From Callorhinchus milii (taxonomy: Eukaryota), in contig NW_024704743.1 in assembly GCF_018977255.1 (NCBI RefSeq), positions 38,876,001 to 38,940,000 of the forward strand: a DNA stretch of 64,000 nt, given 5' to 3'. A model generated the notes under the pieces. The model did not search any database. It was not told where the DNA came from and saw only the letters and a program-made list of their open reading frames with translations. How positions within the stretch are numbered: the first letter of the stretch is position 1; every line of letters begins with the position of its first letter. This document shows, piece by piece, positions 13,651-26,797 of this stretch. The translations under genes and the position numbers were made by a program.

Positions 13651-14781
13651 TACTCTCTTGATACAAATTTACCCCAAATTTAAATTGACCTGCTGTTCAT
13701 CTCATTATGCTGGTTCAGATGAGTGGCTGCATTTGCCTGTATAACATTTGCTTAATTTCTAATCCATTATATTTTGTAAAATCGACTTCAAAATTAGGGC
13801 TGAATTCAATAATTTGTCACCCTCTGAGCACACTAAAATGCTACAAAAGTAAAGTACAACACGAACAACTTGCATTTATATAGCACCCTTCAGACAGGGT
13901 AGCATCTTGGATTGCTGAACAATGGTGGAGTTTGAAGCTGAGTTGGGGAGAAAGGAGAAGTGACTGATCAAAGAGGAAAGTCTTCAGGTGCGATTGGAAG
14001 ACAGGAAGAGGACACAAGGCAGCGGGATTGAGGCAGGGAGGTCCAGAGGTTCGGTGTATAATGGCTGAAGGCACAACCACCAGTGGTGGAGTGGAGAGGT
14101 TAGGATATGCAGAAGACCCAAACCAGTCGAGCAAAGGGGGCGGGTAGAGGATTGGGGTATGAGCAGGTTGGAATGGTACGGAATGAAGTGAATCAATCCA
14201 GTCCTAAGTCAAATTTCCCTCCAGTAGATTTCTACTACCAATTACAGCAAGACCCAACCAAGTGTGTTGCTCAGATTCAGTGGATAGATAGGCACTTTAA
14301 ATAATTATTTAAATGTTCAATCTTTTTTTTCCAAAAAGACAAATGGAATCTGACATGATTCAAATTATTTTTAAGAGGCCAATTTTAACATGCTGTTTTG
14401 TAATTCCTCATTGATGCAATTTTAAGGGAATATATTAAATGGTGAAGTTTGAAGATTACTGGCTGACAAGTGCTACAAAAATACAATATCGTTTCACTGC
14501 CTGCGAATCCCAATTCGACAAAGTCTTCGCCAGCTTCTTTTGTGAACTTTAGTAACTTACTGGTCGCATAGGTTGAAGTCGCAAACAACCACAACAACAA
14601 CGACTTGCACTTATTCAGTGCCCTTCACCTGAGGTAACATTCACAAATTAGCCGTTGAGTTTGCCAAAGTATACACAGTCACTACACTTTATTTTTCATA
14701 GTAATTCACAGTAATTTAAATTGGGCTTGATTGAAAGTCATCCTACATTTTATTGCATTTGTTTGACAAAGCAGAAGAATT

Positions 14782-15097
14782 TTAATAATAGTAATAATCC
14801 ATGCATTTGATATAGCGCTTTTCACGTCTTCTGGACATCTCAAAGTGCTTCACAGAATAGACTGTAAAGTGAATTGACTGTATATTTGTGGGCAAAACAC
14901 GGCAGCCAATTGCGCACAGCAGTGTCCCACAAACAGTCATGGATTGAGTGACCAAAATATTATTGTTTTTTTTCTTGAGGGATTATTATCAGGCACGTGG
15001 AGTAAGGAAACTTGCCCAAGGTTTCGCCCCGCCAGGAATCGAACCCGGGACTCTCGCTTGCGAGGCGAGTGCTCTAACTACAGGAGCTACAGGATTT
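14782..15097 (-). mobile_element. tRNA/Deu SINE, full length, short form
   Basis: Same family; B box GGTTCGATTCC intact. Confidence 0.93.
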
Positions 15098-16954
15098 TAG
15101 TTCTGCAATGACACAGAAATCTCCCAGTCTTCTCTTACTTTTAGTGACAGTGCAACAAAAGTACAGGTGCAGCACTGAGTTTGCTCAGAAAGACAATAGG
15201 GTGTCTCACAGTGACAATTCTCAGAAAATTTAAGGAATTATAAAATTGACGAAAAATATTTTTGGATGCTAAGAGAGTGCATAGATCGTTGGAATCAAAG
15301 ACCTGAATTTGAATTCTCAGGTTAACACAGCACAAATAATTACCATGAAGTCTTCCATTTCTTTCTGGATAAAATCACCCATGAGAGCTTTGATCTCACT
15401 GAAGCTCAAATTACTGCAGGCGCATAAGGAGAACAGAGGCAGGCAGAAGTCAAAATACAGTATGATGTGTCTTTATAGGGCATCGGTACAGTGAGCAAAT
15501 GAGATTTTTTAAGACAGACAGAAACTCCGGGCTCTCAAGCTGAAGGCAATAAAAACAATTCTAAGTACGGAGCTACAGTTTGCATGAAATAAGTAACAAG
15601 ATCACAACATTTTTTAGTCTGTTCAAGTCACAAGTACGATTTTCCTTTTATTTTGATAGTAATTATATTTGACTGAAAGCAGGTATAGTAAAGCGAGAGA
15701 ATATTGGAACAATGCCACAGAGAATTAACCGGTCTGGAAGTCGTAAAGGAAATACACATTTTGAGTAATGCATTCAGAATCTGGTAAATAGTATGAAATG
15801 TAATTTATCCCTGTAATAATAATCAGAAGACCAATACCTGTAATACAGCTAATAATAAAACAAGATTTGCATTTGATATAGCACCTTATCACATTGTTGT
15901 TGCATCTCAAAGCACTTCACAGCATTAACTGTGATGACCATGCATATTATAGAATGCAGAAATTAATTTTCGCACAACAATGTCCCACAAACAGCCATCA
16001 TATGAATGATCAATGTTGAAGCATTTTTTTGCATAAGTCACCAATTAGTTGCTAAAGAAGGTCACTGCAAAAGGTTGAAGCTGTATAGTTCTACAAGGCA
16101 CCTTAGTCATCCTTGGATACATCATCGAACAAAAGCTGGTCCTGCTGGCATTCAGAGTATGCTCAGATATATACAGATCTTAGCTCTGAAGAATAAAATG
16201 GAGCCAGAATGTTACTCTGACAGAAGCAATGAATGTGGCTACATTGCTTGAGAAATATCCCGGACACAGTGTGAATGTCTTGTTAGATCATTGTCACTTA
16301 TTTGGATTGGAAATAAATGGGAATGGTAATACTGCACTAAATAAGGAACTCACAGGTTCAGAGACTTAAAGACTGATCGCTGATTGGAACATTATTATGC
16401 AGAAATATCTGAACATGTACCAGTGGGTAACTTTTTAGCACGTTGATTCACCATAAAATGAATCTTGTGTTACTGCAATTCATTGCAATTCATAAAATTA
16501 TGAATACCCTTTGCCTTATGCCATATATAATATGGTGCTGAGCTTCAAACTGAAACAAAGCATTGCGACAGCAATAAAGCATAATTGTAAAAGAAAAATC
16601 CACATAAATAAACAATAACAAATATACTGATTGGAAATGTTGACCTCACTCTTTATTATTAATAAAGATTAGATAATATTCAGCTGAGAATATTGGACTG
16701 CCTCATACTCCTATGATACGGTATCACCTCGGGTTGTTACTTTTTAATGTACTATCAAACTTCAGCTACAAATGATACAAACAACTTACAAAATATTTGG
16801 TATTTCATATTTTTGACTCTCGTCTCCAATATTTCTCCTTTCAATTATATCCCCCCTGCTCCTCTTTTGAAGGGATTTGATTCCGCTTTCCTTCTGATAT
16901 GGTATGGTTCTGCAGACTCCAGTTGTTTTCTGATCACCTTCCCTAACAAAGAGG

Positions 16955-17935
16955 CGCTGAGAACAAAATGGGGAAGCAAGGGGCAAGGTAGAGGGATTGA
17001 GGAAGAGTGTTCCAAAGTTTCGGGGCGAAGTGGCTACTAGCACGACCACCGATGGTGAGTGGAGGAGACGTAGGTCAAGCAGGTGGCCCGAGCCAGCCGA
17101 GCAGAGGTGACAGCTAGTGGAATGAGGAGCGAGCAAGTAAGAGAGGTAGGGAGGTGCCAAGGTGTGAAGGGAAGTCAATCCGTTCTGCAATAGGAGCCAG
17201 TGGAGCCTGGCTAGGACTGGTGTGATGGTGGTGAGGAGTTTAGAGTGGGTGAGTATATGGGGGACAGGGTTTTGAATTGGTTGGATTTTGTGGATACTGA
17301 GTTGGGGAGATCAGCGAGGAGGGCATTGGAATAGTAGAGGCAGGAGATGACGAAAGCATGGTCGAGGGTTTTGGCTGCATTGGGTGTGAGGTACTGTCAG
17401 AGACGGGCAACAACAACAACAAAATTACATTTGTAAAGCGCCTTTCACGTCAGGAGGACGCCCCAAAGCGCTGGACAGAGAGAGTTACGGACCCGAGCTG
17501 GGGGTTGGGGTTGGGGAGAGTGGATGGCGGGGGGGTAAGCAGGGAGATCGAAAACACTGTCGAAGAGGAGGGTCTAGAGATGGGTCTTGAAGGTGGCAAG
17601 GGAGGGGGCGAGATGGAAGGACTGAGGGATGGAGTTCCAGAGGGTAGGGGCAGAGCGGCAGAAGGCCTACCCGCCGATAGTGGGGAGAGTGAGGCGGGGG
17701 ACGTGAAGCAGGCCGGAGCGCGCTGAGCGGAAGGAGCAATCAGGATGGTAGGGGCCTCAATGTAATGAAGGCGTGTACGAGGGTCTCAGCGGTCTGTGGT
17801 GTGAGAAAGTGGCAGAGCCGGGTGACGTTGCGGAGGTGGGGGAAGGCAGAGCAGGTCATCGCACAGATGTGGGGTAGAAAAGATAGTTGAGGGTCAAACA
17901 AGACTCCAAGGTTCCGGACTGGCTTAGCAAGGGCA
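16955..17935 (-). mobile_element. Two adjacent L2 LINE fragments: older 16955-17400; younger 17408-17935 with an internal deletion
   Basis: KPVRNLGVLFDPQLSFLPHI...ETLVHAFIT peptide and L2 3' tail GCGCTTTGGGGCGTCCTCCTGACGTGAAAGGCGC-(TTG)n. Confidence 0.88.
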
Positions 17936-19104
17936 TATTGGATCTGGGTACAAACTGCATTAGAGAACTTTGCTGGTCTCACAATAAAAAGGTTTTCAAA
18001 TTAATAATACAATAGCATGAGTTTCCAAGGCAATGTGCCAACAAACCTGCCTTAAAATCAACAGGAAATCAGGGCAGGTAATGCGGCAATAAATTATTTA
18101 AATGTAAATTAATTATGCTCAGGTTTTATTGATAGTAATAATTATTACAGCCTTGTGTTTGTTTTTATATATTTGAAGAGTTTAGCACTAATGCCAGGAG
18201 GGAAAACACCCAAAACATGCAGTTAAAGATAGTTAATATAATCTATATTTAATGTAATGCATTGCATTAAATCCACATTGTATGACCACTCCTTAACAGC
18301 AAATGCTATTTGCTCTGGGGAACACAAATAAGGAAGAAACAGAAAATCTTATTAAAAGTAAAATATGTGGTTGAACAGTTATTTAATATAGTCTTATACA
18401 GAAGATTTACTGGATTCTCCATTTGTTCAGTTGCATTAGAAGAATTTATATCCCCAACCTCTGTCACCTCCCGGCTACCACCCTGAAGAGAGATTGGGTG
18501 ACAGTAGAAATGATTGGAGGACAATTTGTAGGCAAACAAAGAAAAAAAGGGACTTGTTACATTGGATCTACGTCTGAAAGCCATAGACTTGAGATAAGAC
18601 GAATGATATGTGGAATGTTCGGGCGAGGAGAGCAGAGGGAGAACTAAAAACAAGGTGGAAAGAATGGGAATCATATTATTTCCCTACCACCCTGGCCGCT
18701 CCCTCCACTCAGCAAACATCAACTTATTCATGTCCGCTGCCTGATTTTCCCCACTATAGAGTGGTGGGGATCATCCAGCCATTCTGCCCCGGTCTGCAAC
18801 TCCACTCTGGAGAACCACTGCCTTGCATCCTCCCTGCACCTATAAAAGATCTGTCTCGTTGACCATGTTTTAGGCCATCTCTCCCCCCTCCCACCAAACC
18901 CCCAGCTCCCCCACTCCCTCATCCAGTCAGTATGGCTCCCAGTCAGTGGTGTGAAGCACTTTGAGACGTCTTGTTGATGTGAAAGGTGCTGTATAAATGT
19001 AAATTGTTGTAACAATATTCAAGTCTCTGGAGAAAGTTGGTACAGTTTTTTTTCTAACAGAATTGAGTAATGTTTAGAAGTTTTGGAGAAGATAGTTTTA
19101 TGCT

Positions 19105-19290
19105 AGATTGTTTGCTGTCTTGTGCTTGGACTCATGCCCACGAGGAATTGAGTGATGCTGTTTCTAATCCATTTCACATAAAACAATTATAGGCAATGTA
19201 GAGAGGAACTATCATCGATCAGTTTGGGTTTAATTCAAACCCAGATCCTGGAGGTGAAAGACAATGTCAAAATTACACAACCTCTGGCTC
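19105..19290 (-). mobile_element. LF-SINE-like ancient SINE relic; second candidate at about 1630-1800 (+)
   Basis: The minus strand reads CTTTCACCTCCAGGATCTGGGTTTGAAT...TATGTGAAATG...CAATTCCTCGTGGGCATGAGTCCA, resembling LF-SINE motifs. Confidence 0.55.
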
Positions 19291-20096
19291 CTAAAGCATA
19301 TTATTACCTCCTTTTGATCAGGATAATTTGTTTGGATTTCAAATGGTGAACATCTTCTTCTGTACCTGGATCAGATGAAGGAAAATAAACATTCGACTGT
19401 TGTTAACTCATTCTTTGCTGCCACTTGTTTCTTCCCAGCTGAGACATATTAAGAGCAATTGTCACCCCCACTACTACCTCAGCTGAGATGAGGTAACAGT
19501 TGCGATCCGGGGCTTTCCTTCTTTGGATGATTCAGTACTCCAGAATATCTGTGATTACCATCTGCGCTATGGAAAAAGATTTAATTACTTTCTAACATTT
19601 TTTTCCTTTTGGAATTCCCGTTCATTCCGCCTTGTTTTTAGATCTCCCTCTGCTCTCCTCGCCCGCATATTCCACATATCGTTCCTCTTATAGCTTATAG
19701 CTTTCAGACAAGTAGACCTAATGTAACAAGTTCCTTTTTTTTTTTGTTTGCCTACAAATTGTCCTCCCATCGTTTCTACTGTCACTCAACCTCTCATCAA
19801 TCCTGGCATTAGTGACCGTTAAAGGGAGAATTCATTTTAATAACATGAGCCATCATTCCACACTAAAAAATGTTGTGGAGATTCCTGTCATCTCTTCATT
19901 ATATTACAATCTTTGGTAATTACATGTAAGCTGCAGGTCAGAAGATAAAAGGAGAAATATAATTAACAGTAATGTATTATACATCAGAATTTGATCTTTG
20001 GAGAAATAATAAATAATGCTATAAAATAAAACAGTATTTTTGTTATTTCACTCCTTCCACAAATACGATAGGTAAAAGACTTATGATAAAAGACCT

Positions 20097-20412
20097 GTGG
20101 AGTCCTGTAGCTCAGTGGTTAGAGCACTCGCTTTGCAAGCGAGAGACCTGAGTTCATTTCCAGACAGGAAACCTTGGGCAAGTTTCCTTACTCCACACAG
20201 AGCCTAATAATAATCCCTCCAAAACAAAAAAAATAATAAATTGGTCATTTTCAATCTACGACTGTTTGTGGGACATTGCTGTGCGCAATTGGCTGCCGCG
20301 TTCGCCCACAAATATACAGTCACTTCACTTTACAGTGTGTTCTGTGAAGCACTTTGGGACGTCCTCCCGACGTGAAAAGCGCTATATCATATGCAAGGAT
20401 TATTATTATTAT
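20097..20412 (+). mobile_element. tRNA/Deu SINE, full length, short young form
   Basis: GTGGAGTCCTGTAGCTCAGTGGTTAGAGCACTCGCTTTGCAAGCGAG...GGATTATTATT. Confidence 0.95.
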
Positions 20413-22506
20413 GATGAAGACTTATAAGGACAGCTTTACACAGGAGAATGCGTTCTCATTATCTCACTACGTGTCTCTATATGGCTGCATTTAAACGTTT
20501 GTCTGCAGAGAGAAAAAAATACTTAACTGTGACATTGATGTCAAATAATCCAGAAGGATGAAATCCAAATAATAAAGTGATCAAAATAGAACTTATTGCT
20601 GTAATCTGATTTATTGAGATCAGATTTTAATATCTCATAAATGATCAAATCAGGGTCACAGTTGACAGGAGCTCTGAGTTTTAAATGCACGTCACAGAGC
20701 CTTTGCAGAGATCAACTAGACCTGGAAAAGTTTGGCCAATATTGAGACTTGGGCAAGTTGCAGCTCATCCCAAACTTTGTAGCCCATATCCTCACCCACA
20801 CTAAATTTGTGAATCTAATATGAAATAAATAGATTCGGCAACAACAAATTCATTTGTTTTTATTGAATTTGTATTACAGACTTTTATACAGTAATAGAGA
20901 ATTTGTAGAATTTCTTAGTTTTTTTGAAAATGCTACCATTTTCTTTGGCAAAGGCAGTGAGATAAGAACTGTACATCGAGTAATACTCACTTGTGCAATC
21001 CTCTTATCTATTCATCAATGCATAATCTTCATATGATTTTAGCTTCCAGATTGATAATTTTGTCTCCTGATCTCACAAGCAAAACCCCTCAGATCTGAGA
21101 GATAGCACAAGCCAGGTTGTAGCAGAGTATATTTTGGGAACAATCAAACAGGAATTGAACTGTGCGCAATTGGTTGCCACATTTCACCCACAAAATATAG
21201 TCAATTCGCTTTGTGGTATATTCTGTGAAGCGCTTTGAGACATCTCAATGATGTGATAAGGTTCTATATGAAATGCAAGGATTATTATTACTATTTTGCA
21301 TACTTAATATTCAAAGAACACATTCCTAAAGTTTCCTAGTCCTGGAAGAATTCATCGGTATTAAATATTGACATTAAATTCAACAATAAGCTTATTATGT
21401 TTCTGTAGATTGGAAATGTCAGATTCCCATTAAGATGTACAAAAGATAAATGATGTTTTTATATGCAAAAGAAAACAAACTGCAATTCAAATCTAACAAT
21501 AAGACCATCAATGTCATTTCAAATCAAATTTCCAGTGTACAGGTTGTTTTTACTTTCAGAGTCAGTAAGAAATATTGTTTTACTCCTAAAAGCTCTTTGA
21601 GGGGACAGCTCATTTCATTAGCAGAAATAGAGCAACATGTGCTATGAATCACAATGATTCTGTATCAACTCTGGAGATTGATATGAAGATGAAAATGTGT
21701 TGCTTCTGATCAACATAAATTGTTTGTGTGTTTCCTGAGCTGGTTGTTATGCCAGATGGAAATGGCTAGTTATTTAGCATTAATAAAATTTGAATTTAGA
21801 TCTTAATGTGTTGCTCAGGTTTTCAGGAAAAGTTGAAGAAATATGTTTTCGGGAGAAGCAACAGTGAAAACAAGTGTATGTACAATACAATTTACATCTA
21901 TATAGTGCCTTTCACGTTAGGAGGATATCTCAAAGTGCTTAAGGCAGCTGGCTGGGCATCCGAGCTAGGGTGGGAGCTCAAGGGGTTATGGTCAAAGAAT
22001 GAAAGTGTAGTCAAAGAAGTAGATCTTGAGATGAGGTGAACGAGGGAGGGAGTCGGAGGGATGCAGTTGCAGAGAGCAGGGGCAAAATGGCTGGCAGCCC
22101 ATCTGCTGATTGCGATGAGGACAGGGTGGTGGACCTGAAGCAGGCCAGTGTGAGTGAAGGGAGCAGTCAAGTCAGAAGGTTGAAGGTCATGGAGACAGTG
22201 GAGGGATGTATAACTTTATAATAAGAAGAATCCTTGCATTTGATATAGCGCCTTATTACGTCTTCGAGATGTCTCAAAGCGCTTCACAGAATATACTGTA
22301 AAGTAAATTGACAGTATATTTTATGGGCGAAACGCAACAGCCATTTTTGCACATAAATAATAAAACTCACTTATATTTTGATGTTTGATGCCTAAAACAT
22401 TAAGTATTGCTGAAGCTATTTCTAATAATACACATATACGAAAAAAAATGTAGGAGTCCACTTATTTGATGTTCATCCTGAGATAACTGTCTGTGTGTAG
22501 GCCAAT

Positions 22507-22538
<32 letters not shown>

Positions 22539-22901
22539 AGAACTTACATTTACAAAGTGCTGTACATTGTAAAAGAAAATGTCTCAAAGCACTTTACAAA
22601 AAGAGTTTAATTGGGACTGAAGAGAATGTTTCTTTGGATGAAAACGTAAGTTACTGTGTGCCAGCAAAGTCTTAGACATAAAAATAAGTGTAGCCAATTA
22701 TAATAAATTAGTTGTACCCATTGCAGCTATGCTTGCAACCAGTTTCATTTAATCGGCTTTCTCTCTTTCGGCTGGCACTTTTATTTGTCCTTGAAAGGCT
22801 TAATCTTCGCTTGTTAGGCATCTTTATCCCTTAAGATTAAGACAATGTGTTATTAAACTCGTTAGCATCCCTTATTCACATATTTGCAGATATATCCTTT
22901 T

Positions 22902-22967
22902 AGGAGGACTCCTGTTGGGAGGACTCAGTGGGAGGACTCCTGTTGGGAGGACTCCTTGTTGGAGTCC
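22902..22967. repeat. Mini tandem array of about 15-bp GGGAGGACTCCTGTT x4, ending in an inverted unit
   Basis: Four GGAGGACTC cores, then the hairpin GGACTCC-TTGTT-GGAGTCC. Confidence 0.85.
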
Positions 22968-23145
22968 ATACATGAAATTGGAGTATTGGCCAAGGCACAC
23001 TGCATTACTAGATTTAAATTTTCAAGGAAGGAAAAGGAAAGTTCAAAAATTGCAGAGGGAGAAAAAGAAAGAAAACAAGGGGGAAAAATTGACTGTATAT
23101 TTTGTGAGTACCATAAAGGTTAAAATGTTTCCATGTGAGGCTCTT

Positions 23146-23468
23146 TAATACAATAATAATAATAATCCTTGCATTTGATATAGGGCTTTTCACGTCTTCC
23201 ATCCATCTCAAAGCGCTTCACAGAATAGACTGTAAAGTGAATTGACCGTATATTTGTGGGTGAAATGTGGCAGCCAATTGTGCACAGCAGTGTCCCTCAA
23301 ACCGTTGTGGATTGAAAATGACCAATTTATTATTGTTTTGTTTTGGAGGGACTATTATTAGGCGTGCAGAGTAAGGAAATTGGCCCAGGTTTCGCCCTGC
23401 CTGGAATTGAACCCAGATGTCTCGCTTGCAAAGCGAGTTCTCTAACCACTGAGCTACAGGACTCCACT
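23146..23468 (-). mobile_element. tRNA/Deu SINE, full length, short form
   Basis: Same family as the other copies. Confidence 0.93.
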
Positions 23469-24622
23469 AAATACAATAAAGATAGTGGGACCTGTCAGGA
23501 CTGATATTCCACGTGAGTACATTTTACTGTTCAAATGTTTATGCAGGCTAGTGAAACACTGCATGTAACCATTTGTGTATAAATTGTACAAAGGAATGAT
23601 CCAGCTAAGCATAACACCAGACTGCAGCAACTACAAAATTATTGGTACAGGTTATGGATAATTTTGCCTTTTTAGTGCCTCTCTGTTGCACTATTTATAT
23701 GCTATTCGATGGCTGCTTTGTATTCTGATGCTCATAATTTGCAACACGTGTTTGTGTTTGCAATACCAGTAGATGGGCCTTGGGCTTATTCCTGGAAGAT
23801 GCAGGCACTAGACTTTACAGTGAATCCTGTGCAGAGCTCTGAGGTGAGCTCCAGATCTGAAAGGATGCAAGGATGGTTATTCAGGTGACCTTTCGGAGCA
23901 CAAGGAGAGCCACACATACAATTATTGCATATTGGCCTTACAAAATGACAATCATCTGTAACATTATCAAGACTGTATTGCACAAAGCTTGAATACTATA
24001 CAGTAGCAGCATGTATAGAATGGTTACTCCATTCTATTGCTCCAGCACTTACAAGACATCTGGGACTTTCTCTTCTATTGAATCTAAATTAATAGTTCTC
24101 CAAGGAACTATGGAAAACACATTTGTTTCTCAGACTTACTCTGGATAAGAATTAATAAGCTATGCTCCATCTTAGAATTAACATAATAGTGATATAGTAG
24201 CATGAGTTCCAGAAAGAAATTTCAATGCATTGCTGACCTGTGCAACTATTTGGAGTGGTCTAGTTCCAGAACGTTTGCTTGTGACGTTAACTTCTGCAGG
24301 TAACTTCACCAATACTTAGAAAAAGACCATTACAACATAATTTTATCCATAAAATAAAACCCCGAGCTTCCATTTTTGTCAGGGTCCATTTTTCATGGTA
24401 AAAAAAAAGGAGGAAATCAAGGGAAATTGACAGAAAACAACATGGATAGATTTGGTGAAAGTAAGATTTTTTTTTAAAAAATCTGCTACGAATTTGCACT
24501 GCTTGCTCGTGTTGAAGGAGGTCAGAGAATCCCACTTTTTTCACACTGTAACTGCAATTGTCAGTGGGTTAAGGTACTGGAGGGCTGCTGAACCTGTGTG
24601 AGCCTTCCCATAGATAAAAACT

Positions 24623-24952
24623 TAATAATAATAATATTCCTTTGCATTTGATATAGCGCTTTTCACATCAGGAGGACGTCCCAAAGCGCTTCACAGAACA
24701 CACTGTAAAGTGAATTGACTGAATTGAATATTTGTGGGCGAACGCGGCAGCCAATTGCGCACAGCAATGTCCCACAAACAGTCGTAGATTGAAAATGACC
24801 AATTTATTATTGTTTTGGTTTTTTTTTTGGAGGGATTATTATTAGGCGTGTGGAGTAAGGAAACTTGCCCAAGGTTTCGTCCTGCCTGGAATTGAACTCA
24901 GGTCTCTCGCTTGCAAAGCGAGTGCTCTAACCACTGAGCTACAGGACTCCAC
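24623..24952 (-). mobile_element. tRNA/Deu SINE, full length, short young form
   Basis: Same family, with an internal GAATTGA micro-duplication at about 24712-24727. Confidence 0.95.
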
Positions 24953-25926
24953 AGTGAACACACGTGCTTTAATGTGTTGCTTATATTTTCAGCACAAGCC
25001 AATTCTACTGTCTTCACTCAAATCTATTGTAGATCATTCCTTCAATGTGCTGGGGGTGGTAGGGGCTGAGAGATAGAAAGAAATTGCTTGACAGTCCAAT
25101 CTTGCATTCAAAAGAAAACAATTCCAATTGCCCTGCGAAGATGATCTACATTTCCTACATTACACAATAACCTTCGAGCACCGGGTACAATCTTATTCTG
25201 AGTTCCACAAATGTTCATGGTAGCAACTTCGGGTTGGAGCTCGACAGGGTTGCTTCTGTGAAGGAACCCCATCAATCTTTCAGCTTTTCCTTTGGCTGCA
25301 AATTAGCTTTCCAAGTCTCCTTTGAGCTAATAATAATCATCCTTGCATTTGGTATAGCACTTCATCACATCATTTAGATGCCTCAAAGCGCTTCACAGGA
25401 TATGCTGTAAAGTAAATTGACTATTTTGTGGGTGAATGTGGCAGTGACTTTGCCCACAGCAATGTCCCACAAACAACCATGGAGTGAATGAGCAATTTTA
25501 TTTGGGGGATTATTGGGCAGGACTCTAAGAGAAACTCCTTTCTTTTGAGAGAATGAGAATGACAAAAAAAAATCATCTTAAATCAACAAAATAGATGGTA
25601 GGAGTTGGAAAAAATGTGAGTGAAAAAGTGAAGAGAATAGGTAAAAAAACAAATAAAAAGGATAGAAATTAGAAGGGAAAATGATTTTTTTTGGTCAATA
25701 AGATGTCTGACATGCATAAATCCAAACCAAACAAATGGTTATATGCATGTATGTAATCTACACATGAAAATTTCCATGTGTCTGAAAATGCAATGCTTAG
25801 AAAAATATACACTGCTTACTGATTTCAACAACTTTCATTTATTTAGCCCCCGTGGCTTAATGAGTAATGGAGATTGCAGAGTATTAGGGACAGGTTGACA
25901 GGAGCTTGGTGAGCTCAGTGTGGGTT

Positions 25927-26213
25927 ATAATAATGATGAAGCACTTTTCACATCTTCTAGCCGTCTCAAAGCACTTTACAGAACATACTGTAAAGTGAAT
26001 TGACTGTAGATTTTGTGGGCAAAACATGGTAGCCAATTGCACACAGCAGTGTCCAATGAACAGTTGTTGATTGAAGTGACCAATTTATTGTTTTTTTTTC
26101 TTGAGGGATCATTATCAGGCGTGCGGAGTAAGGAAACTTGCCCAAGGTTTCGCCCTGATCAAACCCAGGTCTTTCCTTTGCAAGTGCTCTAACCACTGAG
26201 CCACAGGACTCCA
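25927..26213 (-). mobile_element. tRNA/Deu SINE, short form with small deletions
   Basis: Same family; sits just downstream of the ZNF622 polyA signal. Confidence 0.88.
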
Positions 26214-26298
26214 CCTGGAATCCTGTGGGTGGGTGGGGGTGTGGTTCAACACTGCTGGAGTTTAATAAACCCAAAACGCACAACTTTTCAATTAACAT

Positions 26299-26304
26299 TT
26301 TATT
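26299..26304 (-). terminator. Probable ZNF622 polyadenylation signal AATAAA
   Basis: Canonical AATAAA on the minus strand about 360 nt after the stop, followed by a GT/T-rich tract (AAGTTGTGCGTTTTGGGTTT). Confidence 0.65.
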
Positions 26305-26663
26305 TTTTCTTTAATTGGTGTAATTCATATTTACTTCTTTTTATAAAGAAGATTAATCAAGTAGCCTTATTACTGGAACTGGAATGAACACTCAGAGGGA
26401 AGTGACCATATGGCTGTCGGCACTCAAAGATTAATAACCTTCACTTTACCTAAATAAAAGGCGAAATGAAACATCATTGGCTCAGTGTGTAAGCAGAGTG
26501 GTGCACTGCCAGTATATCAAGGGAATGTTCCAAACAATTTAATTGCAATGCTTTACAATCCTGGAAGTTAAACTCAGTAACCGTGCAGAAACAGCAACGA
26601 GCAGACTTGTATCTGTTTCTGTTATCTTCAGTAGCTGCTTCCCTCCCCGAAACCTCAGCTGTT

Positions 26664-26797
26664 TTAAAATTGGACTTGAGCCCTAAAGTGCTTCTGCTTG
26701 ATGGAATTGTTAGACATTCCCATTTTCAGCACCCACTTGGATTTCATTCTCTGCACATACTGCATGTCACGCTCTTTCCTCTGAGACGCTGCTTTTG
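26664..26797 (-). CDS. ZNF622: ZNF622 last coding exon
   Basis: Acceptor TTCGTTTCCAG. Encodes AKAASQRKERDMQYVQRMKSKWVLKMGMSNNSIKQKHFRAQVQF*, the conserved Rei1-type C-terminus. The joined CDS is 1389 nt and in frame. Confidence 0.96.

Noticed and set aside
22902..22967. CRISPR-like or other prokaryotic system suggested by short regular repeats
   Set aside because: Spacers are only 4-6 nt, there are no cas genes, and the DNA is intron-containing vertebrate sequence.
24878..24952. tRNA-Ala(TGC)-like cloverleaf here and in other copies
   Set aside because: These are SINE heads: always followed by the SINE body, with no T-run terminator and with stem mismatches.
1..26000. Exons of a neighbouring known gene (e.g. 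MARCHF11, expected from synteny)
   Set aside because: No recognisable RING-CH or other protein-coding exon was found; the short ORFs here are repeat-derived or random.
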